Source: Myxococcota bacterium (GTDB lineage Bacteria; Myxococcota_A; Polyangia; Polyangiales; Sandaracinaceae). From it: 57,493 nucleotides of DNA. The notes beneath the pieces are model-generated. The model was not told the origin of the DNA. It saw nothing but the letters and a program-made list of their open reading frames with translations, and did not search any database. The stretch spans positions 1-57,493 of the forward strand of contig JAYZQJ010000076.1 of the NCBI GenBank assembly GCA_036149055.1, given 5' to 3'. This document shows positions 49,604-57,493 of this stretch, piece by piece. Both the position numbers and the translations under genes were made by a program. Position 1 is the stretch's first letter, and every line of letters begins with the position of its first letter.

Positions 49604-51364
49604 TCAGCCCAGCCGGAGGGGCGGCGCGCTCGAGGTGGCGGGCGCGTCGCCGCGCAGCTCGGCCACGACCTCCTCGGGGAGCGGGAACCAGCGCAGCGAC
49701 TGGAAGTCGGCGCTGAGCGGCGGCGCGTCCGCCTCGTGGGCCTCGGTCACCGCGCCGTCGAGGATGCGGCGAGCGTCGTCGAGGTAGGACGAGAGCACCC
49801 ACTCGGGCTCGGTCGCGTGCCGCGAGCGGTACTCGAGCTTGCCCGAGCGATAGGTCAGATCGGTCAGCCGCATCGCCGGATCCGGCCGGCCCGCGCGGTG
49901 ATGCCAGAGGCCGGTCGCCGGCTCGAACCGATAGTGCGGCAGGAGCTTCCAGCCCTCGCGGGCCACCAGGTCGACCGCGTCGAGCAGGAACTCGAAGACC
50001 GGCTCGCTCAGGAAGTAGTTGAAGTTGACCCGCACCCAGCCCGGCTTGATGCCCTCGCAGCCCTCGACGATCTCCCGCTCGAAGGCCTTGCTGGTCTGCA
50101 GGTCGATGCCGAGCAGCCGGTGGCCGTAGGGCCCGGCGCACGAGCAGCCCGCGCGCGCCTGGATGCCGAAGAGATCGTTGAGCAGCGCCGCGACGTAGTT
50201 GTGGTGCAGGTAGCGCGCGCCGTGCCGCACCACGAAGCTGACGATCGAGAGGCGCCAGGCGTCGCGGTTGCCGAGGATGCGAATGTTCGGGTTCTGCTCC
50301 CAGCGCGCGATCGCCCGCTGGATGAACGAGCGCTCCTTGCTGCGGATCGCGTCGTGCCCCACCGCCTCCTTGAGCTGGAAGACCAGCCCGGCGCGGATCG
50401 ACTCGACGATCGCCGGCGTGCCGCCCTCCTCGCGGACCTCCGGGTCGTCGAGGTAGCGGTGCTCGCTGTTGTTCACGTAGGCCACGGTGCCGCCGCCGGG
50501 CACCGCCGGGACCGCGTTCCGGAAGAGCTTGCGCTTGGCGACGAGCAGGCCCGGCGTGCCGGGGCCCCCGATGAACTTGTGCGGCGAGAGGAAGATCGCG
50601 TCCTTGTAGACGAGGTGCCCGTCGGGCTGGTCGTCCTCCATGTTCATCTCGATCTTCACGTACGGGCCGGCCGCCGCGAAGTCCCAGAACGCCAGCGCCC
50701 CGTGGGCGTGGAGCAGCGCCCCGATGCTGCGCGTGTCCGAGCCGATGCCGGTCACGTTGCTCGCGGCGCTGAACGAGCCGATCTTCAGCGGCCGGTCGCC
50801 GTAGCGGGTGAGCATGTCCGCGAGGTGCTTGCGGCAGATGCGCCCGTCGGCGTCCTCGTCGATGGTGACCACGTCGCAGATCGACTCGCGCCACGGCAGC
50901 TCGTTCGAGTGATGCTCGTAGGGGCCGATGAAGACGACCGGGCGCTCCTCGCGGGGGATGCGCGCCGAGAGGCCGTAGCGCTGGTCGAGCTCGCGCGGGA
51001 TGCGGAGGCCCATCACGTCGATGAGCTTGGCGATCGCGCCGGTCGCGCCCGAGCCGGTGAAGATGACCACGTCGCGCTCGTCCGCCCCGACCGCGCGCCG
51101 GATGATCTCCCGCGCGTCCTCACGGAACCGGGTGGTCTGCAGCCCCGTCCCCGACGACTCGGTGTGCGTGTTGGCGTAGAGCGGCATCACCTCGCTCTGG
51201 ATGAAGTCCTCGAGGAACGAGAGCGAGCGCCCCGACGCCGTGTAGTCGGCGTAGGTGACGCGCCGCGGGCCGTAGGGGCCGTCGAGGACCTGCTCGTCTC
51301 CGATGATGGAGCCGCGGATCGTCTCGATCAGGCGCTCGGCGCGGGAGGCTTCGGGCGTCGACAT
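49604..51364 (-). CDS. Aminotransferase class V PLP enzyme (cysteine desulfurase-like)
   Basis: YADYTASG, EHHSNELPW, SNVTG, PLP-Lys SPHKFIGGPG, RAGCSCAGPY. Confidence 0.92.
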   Translation of the reverse strand: MSTPEASRAERLIETIRGSIIGDEQVLDGPYGPRRVTYADYTASGRSLSFLEDFIQSEVMPLYANTHTESSGTGLQTTRFREDAREIIRRAVGADERDVVIFTGSGATGAIAKLIDVMGLRIPRELDQRYGLSARIPREERPVVFIGPYEHHSNELPWRESICDVVTIDEDADGRICRKHLADMLTRYGDRPLKIGSFSAASNVTGIGSDTRSIGALLHAHGALAFWDFAAAGPYVKIEMNMEDDQPDGHLVYKDAIFLSPHKFIGGPGTPGLLVAKRKLFRNAVPAVPGGGTVAYVNNSEHRYLDDPEVREEGGTPAIVESIRAGLVFQLKEAVGHDAIRSKERSFIQRAIARWEQNPNIRILGNRDAWRLSIVSFVVRHGARYLHHNYVAALLNDLFGIQARAGCSCAGPYGHRLLGIDLQTSKAFEREIVEGCEGIKPGWVRVNFNYFLSEPVFEFLLDAVDLVAREGWKLLPHYRFEPATGLWHHRAGRPDPAMRLTDLTYRSGKLEYRSRHATEPEWVLSSYLDDARRILDGAVTEAHEADAPPLSADFQSLRWFPLPEEVVAELRGDAPATSSAPPLRLG

Positions 51365-51468
51365 GCCCTCACCATAGCGCCTCGACCCGACCGGCCCGTG
51401 CGTGTTTCGTCACGGAGCGCCCCGATCCGCCTCGCCCCTCCCCCCTCGGCGCGTCATGCTCCGCCGCC

Positions 51469-51909
51469 ATGAGCGTCGAAGACGACTACAACGCGCTGCT
51501 GAACGGGGCCATCGACGTGGCCACCGACTTCCTCGGCCAGTACTCCGAGTTCCCGCCCTTCGCGATGGCGATGCAGGGCGAGGACGGCGAGCTGTTCCAC
51601 ATCGAGCCGGACGGCGAGGAGGGCGAGGAGCTCGACTCCGAGACCGTGATGGCCGCGATGGCCGCCGGGCTCCGGGACGACGCGCGCAACGGCCGGTGGC
51701 GCGCGATCGCGCTCGTGGCCGACGTGACGCTCGAGGACGAGCAGGGCGAGCCGGTCACCGCCGCGATCCACGTCGCGATGGAGCACGGCGCCGGCGACCC
51801 GATCAGCGCGGTCGTGCCCTACTCGATCGAAGGCGATCAGGTCGAGCTCGACGAGCTCATCGCCGAGCCGGGCGAGCACGTGGTGTTCGTGACCGAGCAG
51901 CCCAGCTGA
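51469..51909 (+). CDS. Hypothetical acidic protein
   Basis: 146-aa ORF with strongly GC3-biased codons. Confidence 0.7.
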   Translation: MSVEDDYNALLNGAIDVATDFLGQYSEFPPFAMAMQGEDGELFHIEPDGEEGEELDSETVMAAMAAGLRDDARNGRWRAIALVADVTLEDEQGEPVTAAIHVAMEHGAGDPISAVVPYSIEGDQVELDELIAEPGEHVVFVTEQPS

Positions 51910-51956
51910 GCGGCGCCGAGTTGGCTCCGGCGGCTCCGGGGCTTAGGTTCGGCAGC

Positions 51957-52313
51957 GTGAGAACCGCGCTGCTCACGGGCCTGCTGCTCCTCTGCTCCAG
52001 CTCCGTCTCCGCGCAGACGGAGGCTCCGGAGGAGGAATCGGCAGAAACGGCCGAGGCCGCGGCGACGGAGGCGGGGACGGTCGAGGCCACGCCCGAGGCG
52101 CCGGCACCGTTCCCGTCCGTCCGCGAGCTCCGGCGCCAGAACGCCGAGGAGGCCGAGGCGGAGCCGGACTTCTGGTCCACCTGGGTCCCCTGGGCGGCCA
52201 TCGTCGCCGTGCTCGCCGGCGTCGGCGTGGCGATCGCCGTCGACCTCACGACCGACGCCCCCGCCCCGGACGCGCCCCCCGAGCCGGCGCGCATGATGCT
52301 GCTCCGCTTCTGA
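51957..52313 (+). CDS. Hypothetical exported protein with a C-terminal TM segment
   Basis: GTG start, signal peptide VRTALLTGLLLLCSSSVSA, TM WVPWAAIVAVLAGVGVAI. Confidence 0.6.
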   Translation: MRTALLTGLLLLCSSSVSAQTEAPEEESAETAEAAATEAGTVEATPEAPAPFPSVRELRRQNAEEAEAEPDFWSTWVPWAAIVAVLAGVGVAIAVDLTTDAPAPDAPPEPARMMLLRF

Positions 52314-52322
52314 CCTCTGACC

Positions 52323-52913
52323 TCAGAGGCAGTGGATCAGGAAGCGGTGGCTGGAGCACGCGGTGTCGATGTCCGCGTACTCCGTGTGCGGCCGCGGGGT
52401 GGCGCAGTGCCCGATGGGCTCGTCCCACGTCGCGCCGGGTCGGAGATCCAGGTAGCCGCCGCCGTAGCTCATCCAGACGTCGACCGCGTAGTCACGGCTG
52501 TGGTTGTGCCAGTCGAAGTACGCGGTCTGACCGGCGGGGATGGTGATCTCGGTCGGGTCGACCCGCATCACGCAGGTGTTCGACACGTGGATGTGGATGT
52601 GGTGGTCCGAGCGCGGCGGCGGGCCGCTGTCCGGGAGGCCGCTGTCCGCCAGACCGCTGTCCGGGAGGCCGCTGTCCGCGACACCGCTGTCGGGAGCGCC
52701 GCTGTCCGCCAGGCCGCTGTCCGGAGCGCCGCCGTCCGCCCGGCCGCCGTCACCGGGACCGCCGTCGAAGCCACCGCCGTCGAGCGCGCCCCCGTCGGTC
52801 CGCGCCGATCCCCCGTCGGTGAGCCCCGCGTCCCCGGTGACCTGGGCGTCGGGGACGTCCCGGGCGTCACAGGCCACGAGCAGGAGCACGGAGAGCGAGA
52901 GGGCGGCGCGCAT
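52323..52913 (-). CDS. Lipoprotein with pentapeptide DSGxx repeats and a His/Cys-rich cupredoxin-like C-terminus
   Basis: Lipobox LVAC; VDPTEITIPAGQTAYFDWHNH resembles the start of a cupredoxin fold. Confidence 0.72.
   Translation of the reverse strand: MRAALSLSVLLLVACDARDVPDAQVTGDAGLTDGGSARTDGGALDGGGFDGGPGDGGRADGGAPDSGLADSGAPDSGVADSGLPDSGLADSGLPDSGPPPRSDHHIHIHVSNTCVMRVDPTEITIPAGQTAYFDWHNHSRDYAVDVWMSYGGGYLDLRPGATWDEPIGHCATPRPHTEYADIDTACSSHRFLIHCL
52624..52743. repeat. 15-bp coding tandem repeat (about 8 units)
   Basis: ccgctgtc... units at a 15-bp period encoding DSGLP/DSGLA/DSGAP/DSGVA. Confidence 0.85.
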
Positions 52914-52936
52914 GCGGCGAGGATACGCGGGCGAGG

Positions 52937-53569
52937 TCACGGAGCTCCCTCGATGCGCTGATGGGACAAGGTCGTCAGCGTCAGCGTGTAGCCGAGCCAG
53001 CCGTTCTCGAAGACGACCCGCTCGGGCGGCGCGTCGCCGCCGAGCCCGCCTTCGTAGCGGATCCGGAGCTGGCCGGGCGGCTCTCCGTCGAGCCGCTCGA
53101 AGGTGCGCTCGACCAGGCGCCCGTCCTCCCAGCGCTCGGTCACCCGCTCGCCGTCGACGCTCTCCTCGTGCACGCCGTCTTCACGCGCCCCGGGGAGGCC
53201 GCGGAACCAGGTGCGCTGCGCGTCCTGCAGCATGAAGCGCGGGGGGAACGGGAGCTCCTCCGGGAGGTGCGACTCGAACGTGACCTCGTCGCCGGTCTGC
53301 GAGAGCACGAAGCCGCGCCCGCCGTGGGGGCCGAAGCCGACCATCACCAGGGTGTCTCCGCGCTTCTGGAGCACGGCCCGGAACGAGTGCGACGTCTCGG
53401 GGCTCTCGATCTGGACGCGCTGCTCGAGCGCGAAGGCGTCCCCGAGCGCCGCGGGCGAGCGCAGCGCGGCGGGCGCGGTCAGGCCGCCCGGATAGCTCGG
53501 CGGGCGCCCGGCCGGGGTGGTCGGGCCGCCGCACGCGGCGACGAGGAGGAAGAGGATCGCGACTCTCAT
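52937..53569 (-). CDS. DUF3261 family lipoprotein
   Basis: Lipobox VAAC; LVMVGFGPHGGRGF...LPFPPRFMLQD; ATGA overlap with the MMPL gene. Confidence 0.75.
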   Translation of the reverse strand: MRVAILFLLVAACGGPTTPAGRPPSYPGGLTAPAALRSPAALGDAFALEQRVQIESPETSHSFRAVLQKRGDTLVMVGFGPHGGRGFVLSQTGDEVTFESHLPEELPFPPRFMLQDAQRTWFRGLPGAREDGVHEESVDGERVTERWEDGRLVERTFERLDGEPPGQLRIRYEGGLGGDAPPERVVFENGWLGYTLTLTTLSHQRIEGAP

Positions 53570-55911
53570 TTCTTCTCCGGCCCGAGGAGCAGCCACGCGG
53601 TCGGCGCGAGCAGCAGGCTGAGGGTGACGCCGACGCCGGTTACGAGCCCGAGCGCCTGGAGCGCCGGGTTCGCGCTCATGGCCAGCAGGCCGAAGGAGAG
53701 CACGGTGGACACGCAGGCGACCAGGAGGCTGACCACCGTCGGCGCGGGGCCCTCGGCGTGGCTCGCGCTCTCGACCATGAAGATGCCGTAGTCCACGCCC
53801 ATGCTCAGCACCAGCAGCAGCGCCACGAGGTGCATGAGGTTGGCCGGCTGCCCGAAGAGCGCGAGGCCACCGAGCGCGGCGGCGGCGGCGAGCACCGCGG
53901 GCAGGAAGGCGGCGAGCGCCGGGCCGAAGCGGCGGTAGCGCGCGAGCACGATGAGGAACACGAGCACCAGCCCGACCACGATCATCTCGAGCGTGCGGGC
54001 GCGAAACTGACCGTAGGCGTCCTGGAGGAAGCGCTGCTGGTCGAAGAGGCGCACGCCCTCCATCCCCGCGAGGCGCGCCTCGATCGCGTCGACGTCGGCG
54101 CCGCGGGTGAGGGTCACGAAGCCGACGCGCCCCTCGCCCATCTCGACCCGGAAGCTCGCGACCAGCGGTCCGAGCGGAGACGTCGAGAGCTCGGCCCAGG
54201 TGAGCGGCGCGGGCGCCTCGCCCCGCAGGTCGTCGGCGAACGCGGCGAACGGGCCCGGCACGAAGCCCTCGGCCTCGAGCGCCGCGTCGAGCCGGGGGAC
54301 CAGCGTCTCGTCGTCGGCGAGCGCGGCCCGGCTCGCGCGCTGGGTCTCGGCCGACCAGAGGAGCGCGTGGAGCGACCGGAAGCGCTCGACCTCGCCCGCC
54401 GCCCGCGCCGCCTCGAGGGCCGCGTGCACGCGGTCGTTCCGCTGCAGCGCCACCTCCTCGCTCTCGGCCCAGGCGATCACGAAGCGGCCGCCGTCCATCC
54501 GGCTGACCGCGTCGCGCACCCCCTCGTCTTCGGCGAGCAGCTCCGCGTCCAGGGTGCTCAGCGCGCGCACGTCGTCGACCCAGCCGATGCGCGTGAGGCC
54601 GACCACGGTGACGACGAGGGCGAGGAGCGGGAGCGCGAGCAGGGCCATGCGCGACGCGCGGAGCCGCACCAGCGCCCGCCCGAGCCCCGCCGCGAGCCGG
54701 CGATGGAGCCGCGTCGGGTTCGGCCGGAGCGGCATCCACGGCGGCAGGCCGAAGCGGGTCGCGAGCAGGGCCACCAGCACGCCGACGCTGGTGAACACGC
54801 TCAGCTCCCGGATGCCGGGGAAGCTCGTCCACGCGAGCCCGGCGAGCCCGGCGAGGGTGGTCGCGGCGCCGAGCGCGAGGCCCGGCCAGATCACGCGCAG
54901 GCTCGTCTTCGGGTCGGTCGCCGGGGTGAGCGTGTGGTGGTTGAGCGCGTGGGCGACGTAGTCGATGCCCACCCCGATCAGCGTCGCCCCGAACGCGAGG
55001 CTGAGGCCGTGAATGCGCCCGAAGAGCACCACGCTGACCGCCAGCGCGATCGCGAACCCCGCGAGCAGCGGGAGCGCGCCGAGCAGCAGGTAGCGGAGCG
55101 AACGGAAGAGGAAGAGGAACAGGAGCAGCACGCCGATCGTGCTCACGACCGAGATGCGGGTGACGTCGTCACGGATGGCCGCCTCGCTCGCCACCGCGAA
55201 CCGGTGCACACCGCTCTGGGCCACCGACGCCCCGTGCTCCGCCTCCACCGCCGCGATCGCGTCGGCGATGCCCGAGACGAGCGCGCGGCTCGCGTCCGAG
55301 TCGAAGGGGGACGCCACGCTGGCGAGGAAGATCACGCCGCGGCCGTCCTCGGTGAGGAAGACTCCGTCCTGGATGCGCAGCCCGCCCTGCTGCGCCTCGC
55401 GCATGCGCTCGAGGTGACCGGGGAACGCGAGCAGCGGATCGCGCGGCGCGATGCGAGTGATGAACGCGCCGGTGGGCCCGGCGACCCGGCGCTTCAGCGC
55501 GGCCGCCGCCTCCCGGAGCGCCTCGTCCGAGAGGGGCGCCCCCGAGGCGTCGAAGAACAGGTGGCGCCGCTCGAAGTAGAGCGCGTGGAACGCCTCGTTC
55601 AGATCCTCGCCCGGCCCCGAGCGGACCCAGGCCACGTCGCCCCGCGCGCGGAGCGCGTCCGCGAGCTGCCGGGTCGCCGTCGCCGTCGTCGCCGGGTCGT
55701 CCGCCGCGACGACCAGGGTGATCGACCGGTTCAGGTCCGACTCGGTGATCTCCCGCGCGACCTGGGCGAGCTCCGTGTCCTCGCTCTCCGGCAGGAAGTG
55801 CGTGATCTCGGTCGTGACCTCGAGGTGGGCCACCGCCCACGCCGCGACCGCCACGATCACCGCCCCGGCGATCAGCGTCGCGACCCGCTCCCGCGTGCGC
55901 CCGCCGTCCAA
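53566..55911 (-). CDS. MMPL family transporter (aryl-polyene/xanthomonadin exporter-like)
   Basis: Two RND halves with FGATLIGVGIDY and LSMGVDYGIF...FGLLAMS; TTG start inferred. Confidence 0.85.
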   Translation of the reverse strand: MDGGRTRERVATLIAGAVIVAVAAWAVAHLEVTTEITHFLPESEDTELAQVAREITESDLNRSITLVVAADDPATTATATRQLADALRARGDVAWVRSGPGEDLNEAFHALYFERRHLFFDASGAPLSDEALREAAAALKRRVAGPTGAFITRIAPRDPLLAFPGHLERMREAQQGGLRIQDGVFLTEDGRGVIFLASVASPFDSDASRALVSGIADAIAAVEAEHGASVAQSGVHRFAVASEAAIRDDVTRISVVSTIGVLLLFLFLFRSLRYLLLGALPLLAGFAIALAVSVVLFGRIHGLSLAFGATLIGVGIDYVAHALNHHTLTPATDPKTSLRVIWPGLALGAATTLAGLAGLAWTSFPGIRELSVFTSVGVLVALLATRFGLPPWMPLRPNPTRLHRRLAAGLGRALVRLRASRMALLALPLLALVVTVVGLTRIGWVDDVRALSTLDAELLAEDEGVRDAVSRMDGGRFVIAWAESEEVALQRNDRVHAALEAARAAGEVERFRSLHALLWSAETQRASRAALADDETLVPRLDAALEAEGFVPGPFAAFADDLRGEAPAPLTWAELSTSPLGPLVASFRVEMGEGRVGFVTLTRGADVDAIEARLAGMEGVRLFDQQRFLQDAYGQFRARTLEMIVVGLVLVFLIVLARYRRFGPALAAFLPAVLAAAAALGGLALFGQPANLMHLVALLLVLSMGVDYGIFMVESASHAEGPAPTVVSLLVACVSTVLSFGLLAMSANPALQALGLVTGVGVTLSLLLAPTAWLLLGPEKK

Positions 55912-56028
55912 AGTCGCGGGAACATAGCAACCTCCCGCCGCGCGGCCCGTCGCCGCCCTCTCGAGCGCCAGGAAAAAGAACGCGCCGAGGCCGCAACCGA
56001 GCCGCGCCCGCCTCGATGAGCGCGCGTC

Positions 56029-56880
56029 ATGTCGAAACCGAAGAAGAAGCGACGCCCCTCGAAGAGACGACGGAAGCGAGACCGAGGCCGGGACGCCCCG
56101 CCCGCGGATCCCCCGCCGCTTCCACCGCCGCCCCCTCGGATCCGCGTCGCCGGGCACGCCGGCATGCCGCCCGCGGAGTGGGAGGACTGGCAGCAGGTGG
56201 CCGAGACCTTCGTCGCCGAGCGCCCGGTGGCGCGGCCCGACCGCGTCATCGACGCGCTCCTCGCCTGCCTGGATCAGCCGCTCGGGGAGCTCGTCGCCGG
56301 GAACGAGATGTTCCTGGTGGGCACCAAGGTCTACGTGGCGCAGGTCCCCGGCTACCGCGACCGGCGCGCGCTGCACCTCATGGACCGCTTCGTGGAGTGG
56401 CTGCACGAGCGCGGCGTCATCACCACCTGGCAACGCGACGTGCTGTGGACGAGGATCGACGAGGCGCGCGAGGACTGTGGCGCCCTGCCCGTGCGAGCCC
56501 GTCGGGTGCGCGAGGTGGAGCTGCGCTGGGACCTGACGCGGGTCGTGGAGCGCTTCGCCGACACCCTCGACGGCGATCGCGAGCGGGCGCTCGCCACCGC
56601 GGTGCTCGGCGATCTCGAGCGCTCCATCGCCGCCCAGCTCGGATCCCGCGGAAGCGCGCCGGCCGGCATGCTCGACGTCGACCGGCTGCTGCGCGCCTGG
56701 GTCGGCTTCGAGCTCGAGCGCGACGCGCCCGGCCTCTGCGCCGAGGCGTTCGCGATGCTGAGCCGCTTCTACCGCTGGCTGGCCGACACCGAGCAGCTCG
56801 AGCCCGAGCGCGCCCGGCTCATCGCCTCCCAGCTGTCCGCCGCGGCGCTCGGCCTCCAGCCCGGCCCCTCCACCGGCTAG
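56029..56880 (+). CDS. Hypothetical protein with a Lys/Arg-rich N-terminus
   Basis: 283-aa ORF with good codon bias. Confidence 0.7.
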   Translation: MSKPKKKRRPSKRRRKRDRGRDAPPADPPPLPPPPPRIRVAGHAGMPPAEWEDWQQVAETFVAERPVARPDRVIDALLACLDQPLGELVAGNEMFLVGTKVYVAQVPGYRDRRALHLMDRFVEWLHERGVITTWQRDVLWTRIDEAREDCGALPVRARRVREVELRWDLTRVVERFADTLDGDRERALATAVLGDLERSIAAQLGSRGSAPAGMLDVDRLLRAWVGFELERDAPGLCAEAFAMLSRFYRWLADTEQLEPERARLIASQLSAAALGLQPGPSTG

Positions 56881-56888
56881 GAAGATCT

Positions 56889-57274
56889 TCTCGCGCAGAC
56901 GCAGAGGCGGGGCGTGGCCTCGGGACGGCGCCTCGCCAGCGCGTGCCGGGACTGTCCGCTAGGATGCAGGTGGGGCGGCGGGGTGGCGGCGGGCCGCCGG
57001 GGTCGGAGACTTGCTGCGCCTCGCCGGCGCGCGCCAGGACGACCGCCGCTCGTCCGCTGTTCCTCGGCGTCAACTGTACTTGCCAAGCCGCAAACGTGGG
57101 CGGGGCGGCGGGGTGGTGGCGGGGCGGCGGGGTGGTGGCGGGCCGCCGGGTACTGGCGCCCTCCTCCTTTGCCGCCGCCCCCCGCCGCCGAGCGGCGGGG
57201 TGTCCCGGACGCGCCGGCGAGCCAGCCGTCCCGCGGCCACGCCCGCCCCTTTGCGGCTTCGCGCCTTGGCGAGA
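56889..57274. repeat. Non-coding element bounded by ~65-73-bp imperfect inverted repeats (MITE/REP-like)
   Basis: 56889-56952 aligns to the reverse complement of 57202-57274; internal G-rich 19-bp repeats. Confidence 0.65.
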
Positions 57275-57493
57275 GCCAATCGACACCGGCCGACAGCCGC
57301 CGAAGCGAACTCGAGAGGTGGCAAACAATGGCGCCGGGGCACCCCCGCCTGCTTCCACGACACTGACCCGAGACGACGGCAGGCGACGAGGGCAGCGATG
57401 TCGCCGCACGTGCCACCCCACAGGTTCGATCCCGCGGCAGCGGGCGGCCAGCTCGCGCGCAGCGCGAGCGCGAGCCGCAGGGGCCCCCAGCGC

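Noticed and set aside
57415..57450. GGTTCGATCCC followed by ...GCCA, resembling a tRNA T-loop and 3' end
   Set aside because: The T-stem pairs only 2-3 bp and no acceptor, D or anticodon arms can be built

Overview
Very GC-rich bacterial DNA whose gene content points to a myxobacterium (Polyangiales/Sandaracinaceae-like, by inference): a MYXO-CTERM protein, Cys-rich MopE-type repeats, an MxcH/MxcI-like iron uptake locus and many lipoproteins with DAG-repeat linkers. About 43 genes are supported. They include a MoaD-MoaE fusion plus a GNAT; fadI-fadJ; Uma2; AI-2E; a GlpT-type MFS with an inserted PDZ-like Cys-rich loop; a Fur-boxed TonB receptor/lipoprotein/PepSY operon; a divergent AraC-JmjC / E2-acyltransferase-beta-propeller module; a giant VWA/MopE/MYXO-CTERM protein coupled to a MopE/FGE-domain lipoprotein; a receiver-S55 peptidase-beta-propeller operon; and an orphan MMPL-DUF3261 pair. 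Two genes are disrupted: an EamA gene by an in-frame TGA, and a kinase-STAND-WD40 gene by a 1-bp frameshift. A ~386-bp non-coding element with long imperfect terminal inverted repeats lies near the 3' end. No rRNA, tRNA, CRISPR array, transposase or reverse transcriptase was seen. Domain names come from motif recognition by eye, not from database searches.
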